From an archaeon (GTDB lineage: Archaea > Nanobdellota > Nanobdellia > Pacearchaeales > GW2011-AR1), in NCBI GenBank assembly GCA_043822125.1, contig JBDRCB010000006.1:45662-109661 (forward strand): a stretch of 64,000 nt of DNA. Reading direction: 5' to 3'. The notes under the pieces are model-generated. The model was not told the DNA's origin, did no database searches, and was given only the letters and a program-made list of their open reading frames with translations. A program made the position numbers and the translations under genes. This document shows positions 43,747 to 53,181 of this stretch, piece by piece. Every line of letters begins with the position of its first letter. Position 1 is the first letter of the stretch.

Positions 43747-44049
43747 ATTTTATTAAAATTTTTAATAATAGTTGAAGAATCATAAACCCTGGGAGATTCT
43801 TCAAGTCGCCCAAATAGTTGACCTGAAGCTTCTCCTGGGGAAAAAGAGGTGATAATAAATAGAGAACACACTACTATATAAATCTTTCGTTTTTGTTACC
43901 TTTTCAAAATGACAATCGGTAATGAATATAAAGTAGTAATTCAAGATACTATTTGAAAGTTTACCTACTTAAAAATTCTTATTAGTAACTACTAACTAAT
44001 TTTAGTAATCACTTCATTATATTTATAAATATTCAAATACATTCTTTTA

Positions 44050-44925
44050 ATGGTAAAAGAGGAGATAAATGCAAAACAAGAGCAGATACAAACACTGCTG
44101 TTTGGAAGAGAAATTGGATGGCAGGATATTATTTATGATTTAATTAACACAGAACAGCTAAATCCATGGGATATTGACATTTCTGTGTTGACTGATAAAT
44201 ATCTGGAAAAAATCTCTGAATTAGAGGAAACTGATTTTTTTGTCTCAAGCAAAGTTCTCTTAGCAGCTTCTTTGTTGCTTCGCATTAAATCTGAAATTCT
44301 GCTGAACAAATATATTAAAAGTATTGATGAGATTCTTTTTGGAAAAAAAGAGGAGAAAAAATACTCAATAGAGAGAATTGAACTCGACGAGGAGATTCCT
44401 GAATTAATCCCCCGCAGTCCAATACCGAGGTTTAAAAAAGTAACATTAAAAGAATTAATGGAGGCTTTAAGCAAGGCGATTACAACTGAAAACCGCAGAA
44501 TCAAAAAAGAAATTATAAATAAAAATGCTCTTAGGGAGACAGGCATTTCACTGCCGAAAAAAAAATTCAGCATAAAAAACAAGATAAGGGAAATTTATCA
44601 AAACTTATTGCTTCAGTTAAAGGATGAAAAAAAGAAAATTTCCTACACTGAGTTCACAGGAGGGAATAAAGACGAAAAGATGATTTCTTTTTCACCTTTG
44701 CTCCATCTTGAAAATCAGCAGAAAATTTGGCTTCATCAGGACATTCATTTTGAAGAAATATACATCTGGCTGAAAAAAATATATTTAAAACACAATCCAG
44801 ATCCGTTTATAGAACTTAGAGAGGAGATTAAAAAAGAGATTAAAGAAATGGACGATGAACAGAAAAAACAGCTGGAAAAAATAAATAAAGATTTTGAAAA
44901 CCCTCTCGGAGAAATTTTTTATTAA
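44050..44925 (+). CDS. scpA: Segregation and condensation protein A (kleisin)
   Basis: IIYDLINTEQLNPWDIDISVLTDKYLEKI is typical of the ScpA N-terminus. Confidence 0.75.
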   Translation: MVKEEINAKQEQIQTLLFGREIGWQDIIYDLINTEQLNPWDIDISVLTDKYLEKISELEETDFFVSSKVLLAASLLLRIKSEILLNKYIKSIDEILFGKKEEKKYSIERIELDEEIPELIPRSPIPRFKKVTLKELMEALSKAITTENRRIKKEIINKNALRETGISLPKKKFSIKNKIREIYQNLLLQLKDEKKKISYTEFTGGNKDEKMISFSPLLHLENQQKIWLHQDIHFEEIYIWLKKIYLKHNPDPFIELREEIKKEIKEMDDEQKKQLEKINKDFENPLGEIFY

Positions 44926-44960
44926 CAAAAAAACTATAAACTTAAATGCTCTGTTAATAT

Positions 44961-46079
44961 ATGAAATTTTTTAAGGTTATCGAGAAGACATCTGCAAAAT
45001 TAAAAGATCCTTTGTCATTCATAGTCCGCGTGGTACTGGTGCTGTCGATTGTTAATTTTATCTATCATCAAAGCTGGCATCTGCTGTTTGTAAATATTCT
45101 TCTGTTAGGATTGATTTTGCTTCCATTTTTCATGCAGAGGAACTACAGCATACACATTCCAGGAGAATTTGAATTCATAATCCTTATGTTTATAATAATC
45201 AGTTTTTTCCTCGGAGAGATTAGGGGACTTTTCATACAGATATTTTTAGGAGCAGCAATAGGTTTTGTAGGTTATATGTTAATTTTTATTCTATATACAA
45301 ACAACAAAATAAGAACAAATTATTCTTTTGTTGCACTTTTCTCTTTCAGCTTCGCAGTCACAATAGGAGCAATGATGGAAATTTTAAAATATATTTTAAA
45401 ATATTTTCTGGGATTTGAATTTAATGTTTCAAATTATTTATTCACAATTCAGAGTCTGACATTAGTAGCATTGGGAGCATTTTTTGTCTCAACTCTCTGC
45501 TATGTTTTTATGAAACATAAGAAAATAAAAGCAATGAGATATTTTATAACTAAGTTTGTAAAAAGAAATCCCGCATTATTTGTAAAACAAACAGATTCTC
45601 CAGAGGAATTATTAAAACTAATTAGTAAAGGAGAAAATAAAAATTTAGAATTCAAATCAACATTAAGGACAAATCTTCACAACAATGAGATAGACAAGAG
45701 AATAGAATACTCCATTTTAAAAACCATCGTCGCATTTTTGAATTCCAACGGAGGAACATTATTGATAGGGGTTTCTGACAAAGGAGAAATTACAGGAATA
45801 GAAAAAGATAATTTCCCTGATAATGATAAATTCAATCTTCATTTTGCTAATTTGATAAAGCAGTATATAGGAAAAAAATACCTTCCTTTTCTTAGCTTTG
45901 AGATAATACAAGTTGAAGACAGGAACATTATGAAAGTAGAATGTTTGGAAAGCGACAAGCCAGTTTTCTTAAAAATCGACGGAAGAGAAGAATTTTATAC
46001 CCGTTCAGGTTCAGCAAGCACACCTCTTGAAGGAAGCGAACTCTTGGGATATATTGAACATAAATTTAAAAATAAATAG
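44961..46079 (+). CDS. Membrane protein with a C-terminal AlbA_2 (Schlafen-like, divergent AAA_4) domain
   Basis: About 5 N-terminal TM segments, then GENKNLEFKSTLRTNL...ILKTIVAFLNSNGGTLLIGVSDKGEITGI, the AlbA_2 core pattern. Confidence 0.55.
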   Translation: MKFFKVIEKTSAKLKDPLSFIVRVVLVLSIVNFIYHQSWHLLFVNILLLGLILLPFFMQRNYSIHIPGEFEFIILMFIIISFFLGEIRGLFIQIFLGAAIGFVGYMLIFILYTNNKIRTNYSFVALFSFSFAVTIGAMMEILKYILKYFLGFEFNVSNYLFTIQSLTLVALGAFFVSTLCYVFMKHKKIKAMRYFITKFVKRNPALFVKQTDSPEELLKLISKGENKNLEFKSTLRTNLHNNEIDKRIEYSILKTIVAFLNSNGGTLLIGVSDKGEITGIEKDNFPDNDKFNLHFANLIKQYIGKKYLPFLSFEIIQVEDRNIMKVECLESDKPVFLKIDGREEFYTRSGSASTPLEGSELLGYIEHKFKNK

Positions 46080-46093
46080 GGGTTTTCTTTTTT

Positions 46094-46762
46094 ATGAAAA
46101 TTGGGGTTTTGTTTTCAGGAGGCAAGGATTCAGCTTACTCAGCATATCTAGCGAAGAAAAGAGATCATGAATTATCCTGCTTAATTTCTGTATTTTCAGA
46201 AAATCCAGATTCTTATATGTTTCACACACCTTCGATAAAACGCGTAAAAAAGCAGGCAGAAGTTATGGGATTGCCTTTGATTATCCAAAAAACAAAAGGT
46301 GAGAAAGAAAAAGAATTAACTGATTTAGAAGAAGTTATAAAAATTGCTGTTGAAAAATATAAAATTGAGGGAATTGTTACAGGTGCTCTGCATTCTATTT
46401 ATCAGGCGTCAAGAATCGAGAAAATTTGCGACAAATTAGGATTAAAATGCATTAATCCTCTCTGGCATAAAGACGAGATTGAATATTTAAATGAACTGCT
46501 CAAAAACAAATTTGAGATAATTATAACTGCTGTTGCAGCTTACCCCTTAGAAGAAACATGGCTGGGGAGAAAAATAGATAAAAATTTTATAAAGGAAGTC
46601 AAGGAACTAAATACAAAATACAAAATACATCCTGCAGGTGAAGGCGGGGAATTTGAGACATTTGTTCTGAACTGCCCTCTTTTTCTGAGGGGATTAAAAA
46701 TAAAATCTTTCAAAGATTTTAAAGAAGGCGAAAACAGCTGGAGGCGAGAGATTAATATTTAA
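46094..46762 (+). CDS. dph6: Diphthine-ammonia ligase (Dph6-like PP-loop ATPase, MJ0570 family)
   Basis: MKIGVLFSGGKDSAYSAYLA and GEGGEFETFVLNCPLF. Confidence 0.8.
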   Translation: MKIGVLFSGGKDSAYSAYLAKKRDHELSCLISVFSENPDSYMFHTPSIKRVKKQAEVMGLPLIIQKTKGEKEKELTDLEEVIKIAVEKYKIEGIVTGALHSIYQASRIEKICDKLGLKCINPLWHKDEIEYLNELLKNKFEIIITAVAAYPLEETWLGRKIDKNFIKEVKELNTKYKIHPAGEGGEFETFVLNCPLFLRGLKIKSFKDFKEGENSWRREINI

Positions 46763-46998
46763 TAGTTTTCAATCAAAAATTTTTTACTCTTCCCCAATAA
46801 TCCATTATATCCCCCTAGTTTCCCGTCGGTTCTTATAACTTTATAACACGGAACTGATTTATCTTTATTTGAAGCTAAAATTTTTGCAACAGCGCGTGGA
46901 TGAGAATCAAATTTTTCAGCAAGAAATTTGTAAGTTGTTGTCTCTCCTTTTTTCATATTTTTCAAATAAGAAAATATTTGCTGTTTTAATTTAAGCAT
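46759..46998 (-). CDS. MGMT-family DNA-binding domain protein (79 aa, active-site-like PCYKV)
   Basis: GETTTYKFLAEKF..PRAVAKILASN..VPCYKVIRTDGKLGGY corresponds to the C-terminal domain of O6-alkylguanine transferases. There is no N-terminal domain. Confidence 0.65.
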   Translation of the reverse strand: MLKLKQQIFSYLKNMKKGETTTYKFLAEKFDSHPRAVAKILASNKDKSVPCYKVIRTDGKLGGYNGLLGKSKKFLIENY

Positions 46999-46999
46999 T

Positions 47000-48142
47000 T
47001 TAAATTTTCAACAAACTCTCGCGTCCTGTTTTCATATCCTTAACCTTAAGCTTTTTCTCTCTGACTTCTTTTTCCCCTATGAAAATCACTCTCTGGAAAT
47101 CACAAGAGTTTGCATATTCCAACGCCTTTGACGGTTTGCCGTAATACAAAGAGGCAATTTTATTTTGCTGTCGGAGTTTCTGAGATAATTTAACAGCCTC
47201 TTTATCTTGGTTTAATGAAATAACAAGATATTTATCTTTTTTAAAATCCAAATCTGCAAGTGTTGAAATTCTCTCCAGTCCAAATGCAATTCCAACTGCC
47301 TGGACCTCTCCGGCAGAATAAACACCTCCTCCTGCAATTGTCTCTTTATTTTTTTTATCAGCTGATTTTATCTCAAAAACAGTTCCATTATAATAAGACA
47401 GCCCTCTCACCAGCGACGGGGAAAATTTAATATCAATGCTGAAATACCCGCAGTATTTTTTTAGTTCTTCAATTTCTTTGTATGAATTATATTTTTTAAA
47501 ATAAGATTCTGGTTTTTTGAAAATATCAATTAATTTTCCTGCTCCGAATTTTTTCAAATTCGCGCGAATTTCTTTTTCAGGCAGTTTGTCAATTTTATCA
47601 ATCTCCCTCATCACCTGCTCTTTGGCTGTTGCAGAAATTTTCTGCTCTTCAAAAATCTCATTTAAAATTTTCCTGCTCCCAACATAAATTACTTTTTTTA
47701 TTTTTAATTTATTAAAAATTTCATTCGCGAGTGCAAGAATCTCAGCCTCCTCTTTGATAGTCGCTCCGACAACATCTGCATCGCACTGAGTAATCTGCCT
47801 AAATCTGTTAGCACCAGCAGGCTCGTCCCTAAAAACTTCTCCAATTTGATATCTTCTATAAGGAAGCTTTTTATTTTTCATCAAACGCTTCAGTTGAAAA
47901 GTAAACTCATACCTCAATGCAAGCTCTCTTTTTCTTTTGTCTTGCAATTTGTAAATATCTGAAACAGCCTCGTCGTTTTTATTATCTCCTTTCACAAACT
48001 CCTCGTTTTCAATTACTGGAGTTTCAGCTGGCTCAAAACCAAATTTTTCAAAAGTATCCACTATTATTTTTTTAATTTCTGCTCTCTTAACAGCCTCGTC
48101 GCCTGTAAAGTCGCGGAAGCCTTTAACAGCATCATTTTTCAT
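47000..48142 (-). CDS. hisS: Histidyl-tRNA synthetase
   Basis: VKGFRDFTGDEAVKRAEI, ALRYEFTFQLKR, YQIGEVFRDEPAGANRFRQITQCDADVVG and GLERI class II motifs. The start was set at ATG 48142 because the track's longer ORF runs through tRNA-His. Confidence 0.9.
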   Translation of the reverse strand: MKNDAVKGFRDFTGDEAVKRAEIKKIIVDTFEKFGFEPAETPVIENEEFVKGDNKNDEAVSDIYKLQDKRKRELALRYEFTFQLKRLMKNKKLPYRRYQIGEVFRDEPAGANRFRQITQCDADVVGATIKEEAEILALANEIFNKLKIKKVIYVGSRKILNEIFEEQKISATAKEQVMREIDKIDKLPEKEIRANLKKFGAGKLIDIFKKPESYFKKYNSYKEIEELKKYCGYFSIDIKFSPSLVRGLSYYNGTVFEIKSADKKNKETIAGGGVYSAGEVQAVGIAFGLERISTLADLDFKKDKYLVISLNQDKEAVKLSQKLRQQNKIASLYYGKPSKALEYANSCDFQRVIFIGEKEVREKKLKVKDMKTGRESLLKI

Positions 48143-48155
48143 TTTAATTTCTAAG

Positions 48156-48227
48156 GGTGGAAGGAGGGAGTCGAACCCTCGTCTTACGGACCACAACCGC
48201 ACATTCTACCGTTAAACTACATCCACC
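48156..48227 (-). tRNA. tRNA-His (anticodon GUG) with encoded G-1
   Basis: GGTGGATGTAGTTTAACGGTAGAATGTGCGGTTGTGGTCCGTAAGACGAGGGTTCGACTCCCTCCTTCCACC. The anticodon loop is TTGTGGT. G-1 sits opposite C73, and there is one T-T mismatch in the acceptor stem. Confidence 0.8.
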
Positions 48228-48283
48228 ATATTTAACTTAATTAAAAAGAATTTATAAGGTTTTTCAGAAAGAAGAGTAACTGT

Positions 48284-48502
48284 TTATGGATAAATTTGAT
48301 AGTCATTAACTACACTCTGCAAAAAATCTCTTGCAAAAGGATTTTCCCATCCTTCATTTTGAAGTGCGTGTTGCTCCATTGTCAAATATGTTTTTCTAAT
48401 TCCATCTTCTTTCCCATCACAAGGCCATTTTATATGCCCTGCTAATTGTAATGCAAAAGACATATCTAAAATAGTTTCATTCATCAAACCATTCCGCAAC
48501 AA
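48284..48502 (-). CDS. Hypothetical 72-aa protein
   Basis: ORF only. Confidence 0.3.
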   Translation of the reverse strand: MLRNGLMNETILDMSFALQLAGHIKWPCDGKEDGIRKTYLTMEQHALQNEGWENPFARDFLQSVVNDYQIYP

Positions 48503-48533
48503 TCTTTTTTAAACCTTCTTGTCTTTAATATTT

Positions 48534-49724
48534 ATGAAGAAAAAATACGAACTACTCGCACCAGCAGGAAACTTTCCTATGCTAATCACCGCTGTAAATG
48601 CTGGAGCAGATGCTGTCTATTTTGGATTGGAAGAATTTTCAATGCGGGCGTCTGCAAAAAATTTTACATTAAAAGATTTAGATGAAATCACAAAGATATG
48701 CGGGCCAAAAAAAGTTAAAAAATATCTGACACTGAACACAATAATTTACGACGATGAAATCCAAAAGATAGAAGAAGTAATTAAAAAAATGAAAGGAAAA
48801 ATAGATGCTGTAATCTGCTGGGATTTCGCAGTGATTAGTTTATGCAAAAAATACAAAATCCCTTTTTTTATCTCAACACAATCTTCAGTTGCAAATTCAG
48901 AGTCAGCAAAATTCTATAAAAAATTAGGAGCAAAAAGAATAATCCTAGCAAGAGAATTAAATTTAAAGCAGATAAAAAAAATTTCAAAAATAATTGATAT
49001 TGAATGTTTTGCCCACGGAGCAATGTGCGTCGCAGTTTCAGGAAGATGCTTCACTTCTCAGTTTCTCTTCGGTAAATCAGCAAACCGCGGACAATGCATC
49101 CACCCCTGCAGAAGGAGCTATATAGTAAAAGACAAGCAGGAAGGATATAAACTTGAAATTGAAAATGACAAAATTTTCTCAGCAAAAGACCTCTGCACTC
49201 TTCTGTTTATAGAAGAGCTGAAAAAAGCAGGAATAAAAAGTTTTAAAATAGAAGGAAGAGGAAGAGATGCAAGATATGTTGATAAAGTTGTAAGAATTTA
49301 CAGAAAAGCCCTCGACAAAAAACTGACAAAAAAAGAAATTGAAGAAGGAATTGAAGAGCTAAAAAAAGTTTACAATAAAGGATTTTCATCAGGATTTTAT
49401 CTGGGATTACCAACTGCAGATGATTTTTCCGCAATAGAGCATAGTTCTGCAACAGAAAAAAAACATTTCATCGGGAAAGTAACTCATTATTATCCAAATA
49501 TAAAAGTCGCTACAATAAAATTATCTTCAGATGTAAGTGTCGGAGAAGAGATTGTAGTTATAAGCAGAAAATTTGGATTAAAAAATTCAGTAATTCAGAG
49601 AATGGAAATAAACAAAAAATCAGTGCAAACAGCAAAAAAAGGTGATGAGGTTGGAATAGAACTTCCAGTAGTAAGAAAAAATGATGAAGTATATAAAATA
49701 AAAATTAAAACTGTAGTGATTTAG
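48534..49724 (+). CDS. Peptidase U32 family protein
   Basis: YELLAPAGN.., the FAHGAMCVAVSGRCFTS..C.HPCR cysteine pattern and the FKIEGRGRD motif typical of U32. Confidence 0.8.
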   Translation: MKKKYELLAPAGNFPMLITAVNAGADAVYFGLEEFSMRASAKNFTLKDLDEITKICGPKKVKKYLTLNTIIYDDEIQKIEEVIKKMKGKIDAVICWDFAVISLCKKYKIPFFISTQSSVANSESAKFYKKLGAKRIILARELNLKQIKKISKIIDIECFAHGAMCVAVSGRCFTSQFLFGKSANRGQCIHPCRRSYIVKDKQEGYKLEIENDKIFSAKDLCTLLFIEELKKAGIKSFKIEGRGRDARYVDKVVRIYRKALDKKLTKKEIEEGIEELKKVYNKGFSSGFYLGLPTADDFSAIEHSSATEKKHFIGKVTHYYPNIKVATIKLSSDVSVGEEIVVISRKFGLKNSVIQRMEINKKSVQTAKKGDEVGIELPVVRKNDEVYKIKIKTVVI

Positions 49725-50160
49725 TCTGTGTGCATATGACTTTTTTTCCTGTATTGTCTAATAGATAAGCACTCACTTCAACACTGCTTGTATTAGTCAT
49801 TTCTGAACTTGCTGTTACTAATTTTGTATCTAAAATCTCTATATCTCCTTCTTCATCAACAACTTCAGTTTCCACTCCGTTGCTGAAAACAAGCATTACT
49901 CCAGTAATTTCTTCTCCTCCAGCATTTCTTTTCAGAATTACTTCGCAGTTATCAGGTGTTGCTTCAGCAGCACATTCACCAGAAAGGGGCCTAACATCAA
50001 TTGCTAAACATCTCTGTTGTATGTCTATACTTCCCTCTTGGCTTCCCAAGAGATTTGTTACAACTACCCAGATGATTCCTACAGCGAATAAAGCCAATGC
50101 AATCATAATAAGTGTTATTATAACTGCAGACAAACCTTTTTTGTCAGATTGTTTTATCAT
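49705..50160 (-). CDS. Archaeal type IV pilin-like protein (class III signal peptide)
   Basis: MIKQSDKKGLSAVIITLIMIALALFAVGIIWVVV has a basic N-terminus, a G/S cleavage context and a hydrophobic helix. The start was moved to the internal ATG at 50160. Confidence 0.6.
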   Translation of the reverse strand: MIKQSDKKGLSAVIITLIMIALALFAVGIIWVVVTNLLGSQEGSIDIQQRCLAIDVRPLSGECAAEATPDNCEVILKRNAGGEEITGVMLVFSNGVETEVVDEEGDIEILDTKLVTASSEMTNTSSVEVSAYLLDNTGKKVICTQTKSLQF

Positions 50161-50215
50161 TGCATTGCTCCCTCTTTTATTTAAAATCAAAATAAGTGCA
50201 GATTTATAAATGTTC

Positions 50216-51421
50216 TTATTTATTAAAATAATCCAGCAGTTTATAGTACTCCTCTCTATCGATAACTTTATCTGTTTCAGAAAATCCCACTCGCTCTGCA
50301 AATTTCCAGAATGCATGTGGTTTGTAGCCTTGTTTCTTCAGCGACGCTATTGTCGGTAGTTGTGAATCGTCCCAGCCAGAATATTTTTTTTCTTCGATGT
50401 TTTTTCTCATTTTGCTCGACGACAATTCAAAATCCTTAAAATGCCATCTTCCTAAAAAAGCTGTCCATGGAAACCTTTTTCCAAGATTCTTAAAAATCAT
50501 CTCCTGTCTTTTTGCATTGTCTCTGTGATCCTTTGCCCGTATTACATGAGTAGTCTTCATTTCAATGTCATCAACAGCGACAGCAAAATTCATCAACGGC
50601 CAAACCCTGTATTTTTTCTTTTGAAGAGCATGCTCTGTTAAATTTATTCTCGCCAATGGAAAATCTCTCATCGCAGGATTTTTTCCCTTCATAGAAGATT
50701 TAAATCTCAAGACAGCCCCTCCTTCTTTAAATCCATTTTTATCGAGCATTCTTCTCCACCTATCTAAATTTTCTTTAATGCTCAATTTTCTGCATGGGCA
50801 GTCTTTTTTCTCAGAGACAAATTTTTTAAAACCGTCAGCAGAGCAGGTGCAGACATAAACAGCATTTTTTTTAATTAATTTTTCAGCATATTTATAGTAA
50901 ACCTCCATTCTCTCTGACTGCACCACAAATTCAGCAGTGTTGTCAAAAAGCCATTTCGCCTCATCTTTAATCATTTTATAAGCAGGAGAGTATATATTTT
51001 CAGGATTTGTGTCCTCGATTCTTACATAAAATTTTCCACCGTATTTTTTTACAAAAAGAAAAGATAAACACGCAGTCATAGCATGTCCAACATGCAGGGG
51101 TCCTGACGGCGAAGGAGCAATTCTCATAATAACTTTCCCTTTTTTAGCACCAGGAAGTTCAGGCAGACCTTCGCGGACTTTCCTCTCACTAATCTCACCC
51201 TCTAATTCTTCAAATTCTCTTTTCTGCTCCTCCAAAGAAAGTTTGTTTACATTTGCAACAATTTTAGAAATTTCTTTAATGTATTTTTTAACATCTTCTT
51301 TTTTCAGCCCTTCATGAAACAGCGAGGATATCACACTCCCTGGGTTTGCTTTTCCGTCGTGTGCAACTGCATTTTTCAGGGCATATGCGCGGGTTTTTTT
51401 TTCTAACTCTTTTTTATTCAT
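50216..51421 (-). CDS. gltX: Glutamyl-tRNA synthetase-like class I enzyme, with an N-terminal GatB/YqeY-like domain and no C-terminal anticodon-binding domain
   Basis: PSPSGPLHVGHA (HIGH), WPLMNFAVAVDDIEMKTTHVIRAKDH and LSSSKMRK (KMSKS). The N-terminal ALKNAVAHDGKANPGSVIS is YqeY/GatB-tail-like. The protein is only 401 aa. Confidence 0.7.
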   Translation of the reverse strand: MNKKELEKKTRAYALKNAVAHDGKANPGSVISSLFHEGLKKEDVKKYIKEISKIVANVNKLSLEEQKREFEELEGEISERKVREGLPELPGAKKGKVIMRIAPSPSGPLHVGHAMTACLSFLFVKKYGGKFYVRIEDTNPENIYSPAYKMIKDEAKWLFDNTAEFVVQSERMEVYYKYAEKLIKKNAVYVCTCSADGFKKFVSEKKDCPCRKLSIKENLDRWRRMLDKNGFKEGGAVLRFKSSMKGKNPAMRDFPLARINLTEHALQKKKYRVWPLMNFAVAVDDIEMKTTHVIRAKDHRDNAKRQEMIFKNLGKRFPWTAFLGRWHFKDFELSSSKMRKNIEEKKYSGWDDSQLPTIASLKKQGYKPHAFWKFAERVGFSETDKVIDREEYYKLLDYFNK

Positions 51422-51464
51422 AAAACAAAAAAGAAAGAGGGATTAATAAATTTGTTGTCCTAAT

Positions 51465-52100
51465 CTAATCTTCTTCTTTATCGGGTATTTCGGGGACTTG
51501 TATCTGTGCGATTCTTAATCCTAAATTATGTCCTTGGGAATAATCTCTTTTAGGTTTTTCAATCTTAACCGGTTTATCAGGAGTTCCAACTATTTTGACA
51601 TATCTAACAACATCATCTACCAAACATTTTGGATAAAATACCCCTTCTACTCCTTTATACTTTTCAATTAAAGGAAGATCTGCCCAACTATTTCTTCCTG
51701 GAAAATTAGGAACTCTAGTTTCTGAAGAATGTTCTTGTATTGTTGCCTTAACATCATCTTCAATGATAAATCCAAAATCCCTGTATGCATATTCTTGTCC
51801 TTCATCTCTTTCATGAATTAGAAAATATTCACAAGCAGGTTTCATCGATAGATCTTCTAACCCTTTTTTATTTGCAGTAAAAATATTTTTATCGAGATTA
51901 AACATCCTATTGAATTTAATCTCCCCTTTGCTTGTCTTTATTTCATTTTCTAAGAATATCCACGATTTACCCTCTTCATTATCAGCATCAATATTTGTAC
52001 ACCTAAAATCTTTTACTTTATAACCTTCATATCCTAGACGTCTAACTAAATAGCCAGTCCAAAATTCATTAGGTAATCTTCGTATATGTGAATCTTCCAT
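51465..52100 (-). CDS. Hypothetical protein
   Basis: 211-aa ORF with no recognisable family. Confidence 0.4.
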   Translation of the reverse strand: MEDSHIRRLPNEFWTGYLVRRLGYEGYKVKDFRCTNIDADNEEGKSWIFLENEIKTSKGEIKFNRMFNLDKNIFTANKKGLEDLSMKPACEYFLIHERDEGQEYAYRDFGFIIEDDVKATIQEHSSETRVPNFPGRNSWADLPLIEKYKGVEGVFYPKCLVDDVVRYVKIVGTPDKPVKIEKPKRDYSQGHNLGLRIAQIQVPEIPDKEED

Positions 52101-52200
52101 GACATTTTCTCAACTTTCATATTATTTAAACTTTTCCATTTGTAATCACTGAAGAGTTATGATACAAAAGATTTATAAAAAGAGATAAAGTGAATTTTGT

Positions 52201-52530
52201 ATGGAGAATAATGATGAATATATTAATTTAGATAGAAAATCTGAAGAGCCAATAATAAAATATCAAGAAAGACTTAATCAATATTGTGCAGGAATTATAG
52301 GGCTAATTGAATCTTATGGAAAAGAAGCAAATATTCAGAGGTTTAGAGAACTCTTACCCTTGACAAGAGAATTACTTGAAGGAGAAAATTCTGAAGCTGT
52401 AGAAAAAGTGGTTAGATTGATCAAAAAATTAAGGGAAGAAATAAAGTGGTATGATGCTCGTTATGGACCAATACTTGGGGGAACAAATCTCAAAGAAAAG
52501 AAAAAGAATTTAGATTCCTTGCTTTCTTAA
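52201..52530 (+). CDS. Hypothetical helical protein
   Basis: 109-aa ORF. Confidence 0.35.
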   Translation: MENNDEYINLDRKSEEPIIKYQERLNQYCAGIIGLIESYGKEANIQRFRELLPLTRELLEGENSEAVEKVVRLIKKLREEIKWYDARYGPILGGTNLKEKKKNLDSLLS

Positions 52531-52941
52531 TCCTTTTCCATGATGTTTAGTAGATTCTGTTTCGCTTATATGTAAATGACAATTCTCTTTGTACTTAGGA
52601 TCATTTGCTATAATTCTATCATAAAAAGCATATGCTAAATCTACATCCTTTTTACTATTCGGAAGAGAATATTTATTGGTTCCATCTTCAATTGTAAAAG
52701 AAGTTTCATGTTTATAGTTCATTCCTTTTAATTGATTACCAAAGATTTCATTAGTCTTGTTAGCTGTTTCTACAGCATCTATAACATTATTATTATGGGC
52801 TCTTTCTATCAATTTAATTTTACCTCTTATATCTGCAGTATTCAGTAAATCTATTTCTAATTTACTTAATCTTCTTTTTCTTTTAGATATAAATATCAAA
52901 ATCCCTCCAATAACCAAAACCAATCCTAATACAGAACTCAC
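52510..52941 (-). CDS. Hypothetical membrane-anchored protein (start uncertain)
   Basis: N-terminal hydrophobic VLGLVLVIGGILIFI. There is no in-frame ATG upstream. An out-of-frame ATG at 53042 is separated from it by a T8 run. Confidence 0.35.
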   Translation of the reverse strand: MSSVLGLVLVIGGILIFISKRKRRLSKLEIDLLNTADIRGKIKLIERAHNNNVIDAVETANKTNEIFGNQLKGMNYKHETSFTIEDGTNKYSLPNSKKDVDLAYAFYDRIIANDPKYKENCHLHISETESTKHHGKGLRKQGI

Positions 52942-53102
52942 ACCTCTTCCAATTGATTCAGCAACGACAAAACCAGTAATTGATGATAAGGAGTTTAAAA
53001 AAAAGAGATCCCCCCAATAATCCTCAAACCTCTTTTTCGCATATTAATTAATAATCAAAAGTATTTTTAATTATTTGGGTTTATTCAGATTCTCTATAGA
53101 AT

Positions 53103-53180
53103 TTATTTTTTTAATATCTCAATGATGCTGCTTTTTCCTACCCCTTCTGCTCCGGTTATAAAAAATGTTTTCACCATCAT
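53103..53180 (-). pseudogene. 25-codon remnant of a P-loop NTPase (MMVKTFFITGAEGVGKSSIIEILKK*)
   Basis: A Walker A motif GAEGVGKS is followed almost immediately by a stop. It begins 1 nt after the kinase stop. Confidence 0.3.
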
Positions 53181-53181
53181 T

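Noticed and set aside
43631-43813. A 60-aa minus-strand ORF overlapping the end of rps27ae.
   Set aside because: It is antisense to a conserved ribosomal protein gene and runs into the hairpin region. There is no supporting signal.
48143-48202. A longer hisS start (MRLWSVRRGFDSLLPPLEIK...).
   Set aside because: The extension is the translated sequence of tRNA-His itself. MKNDAVKGFRDF at 48142 matches the usual HisRS N-terminus.
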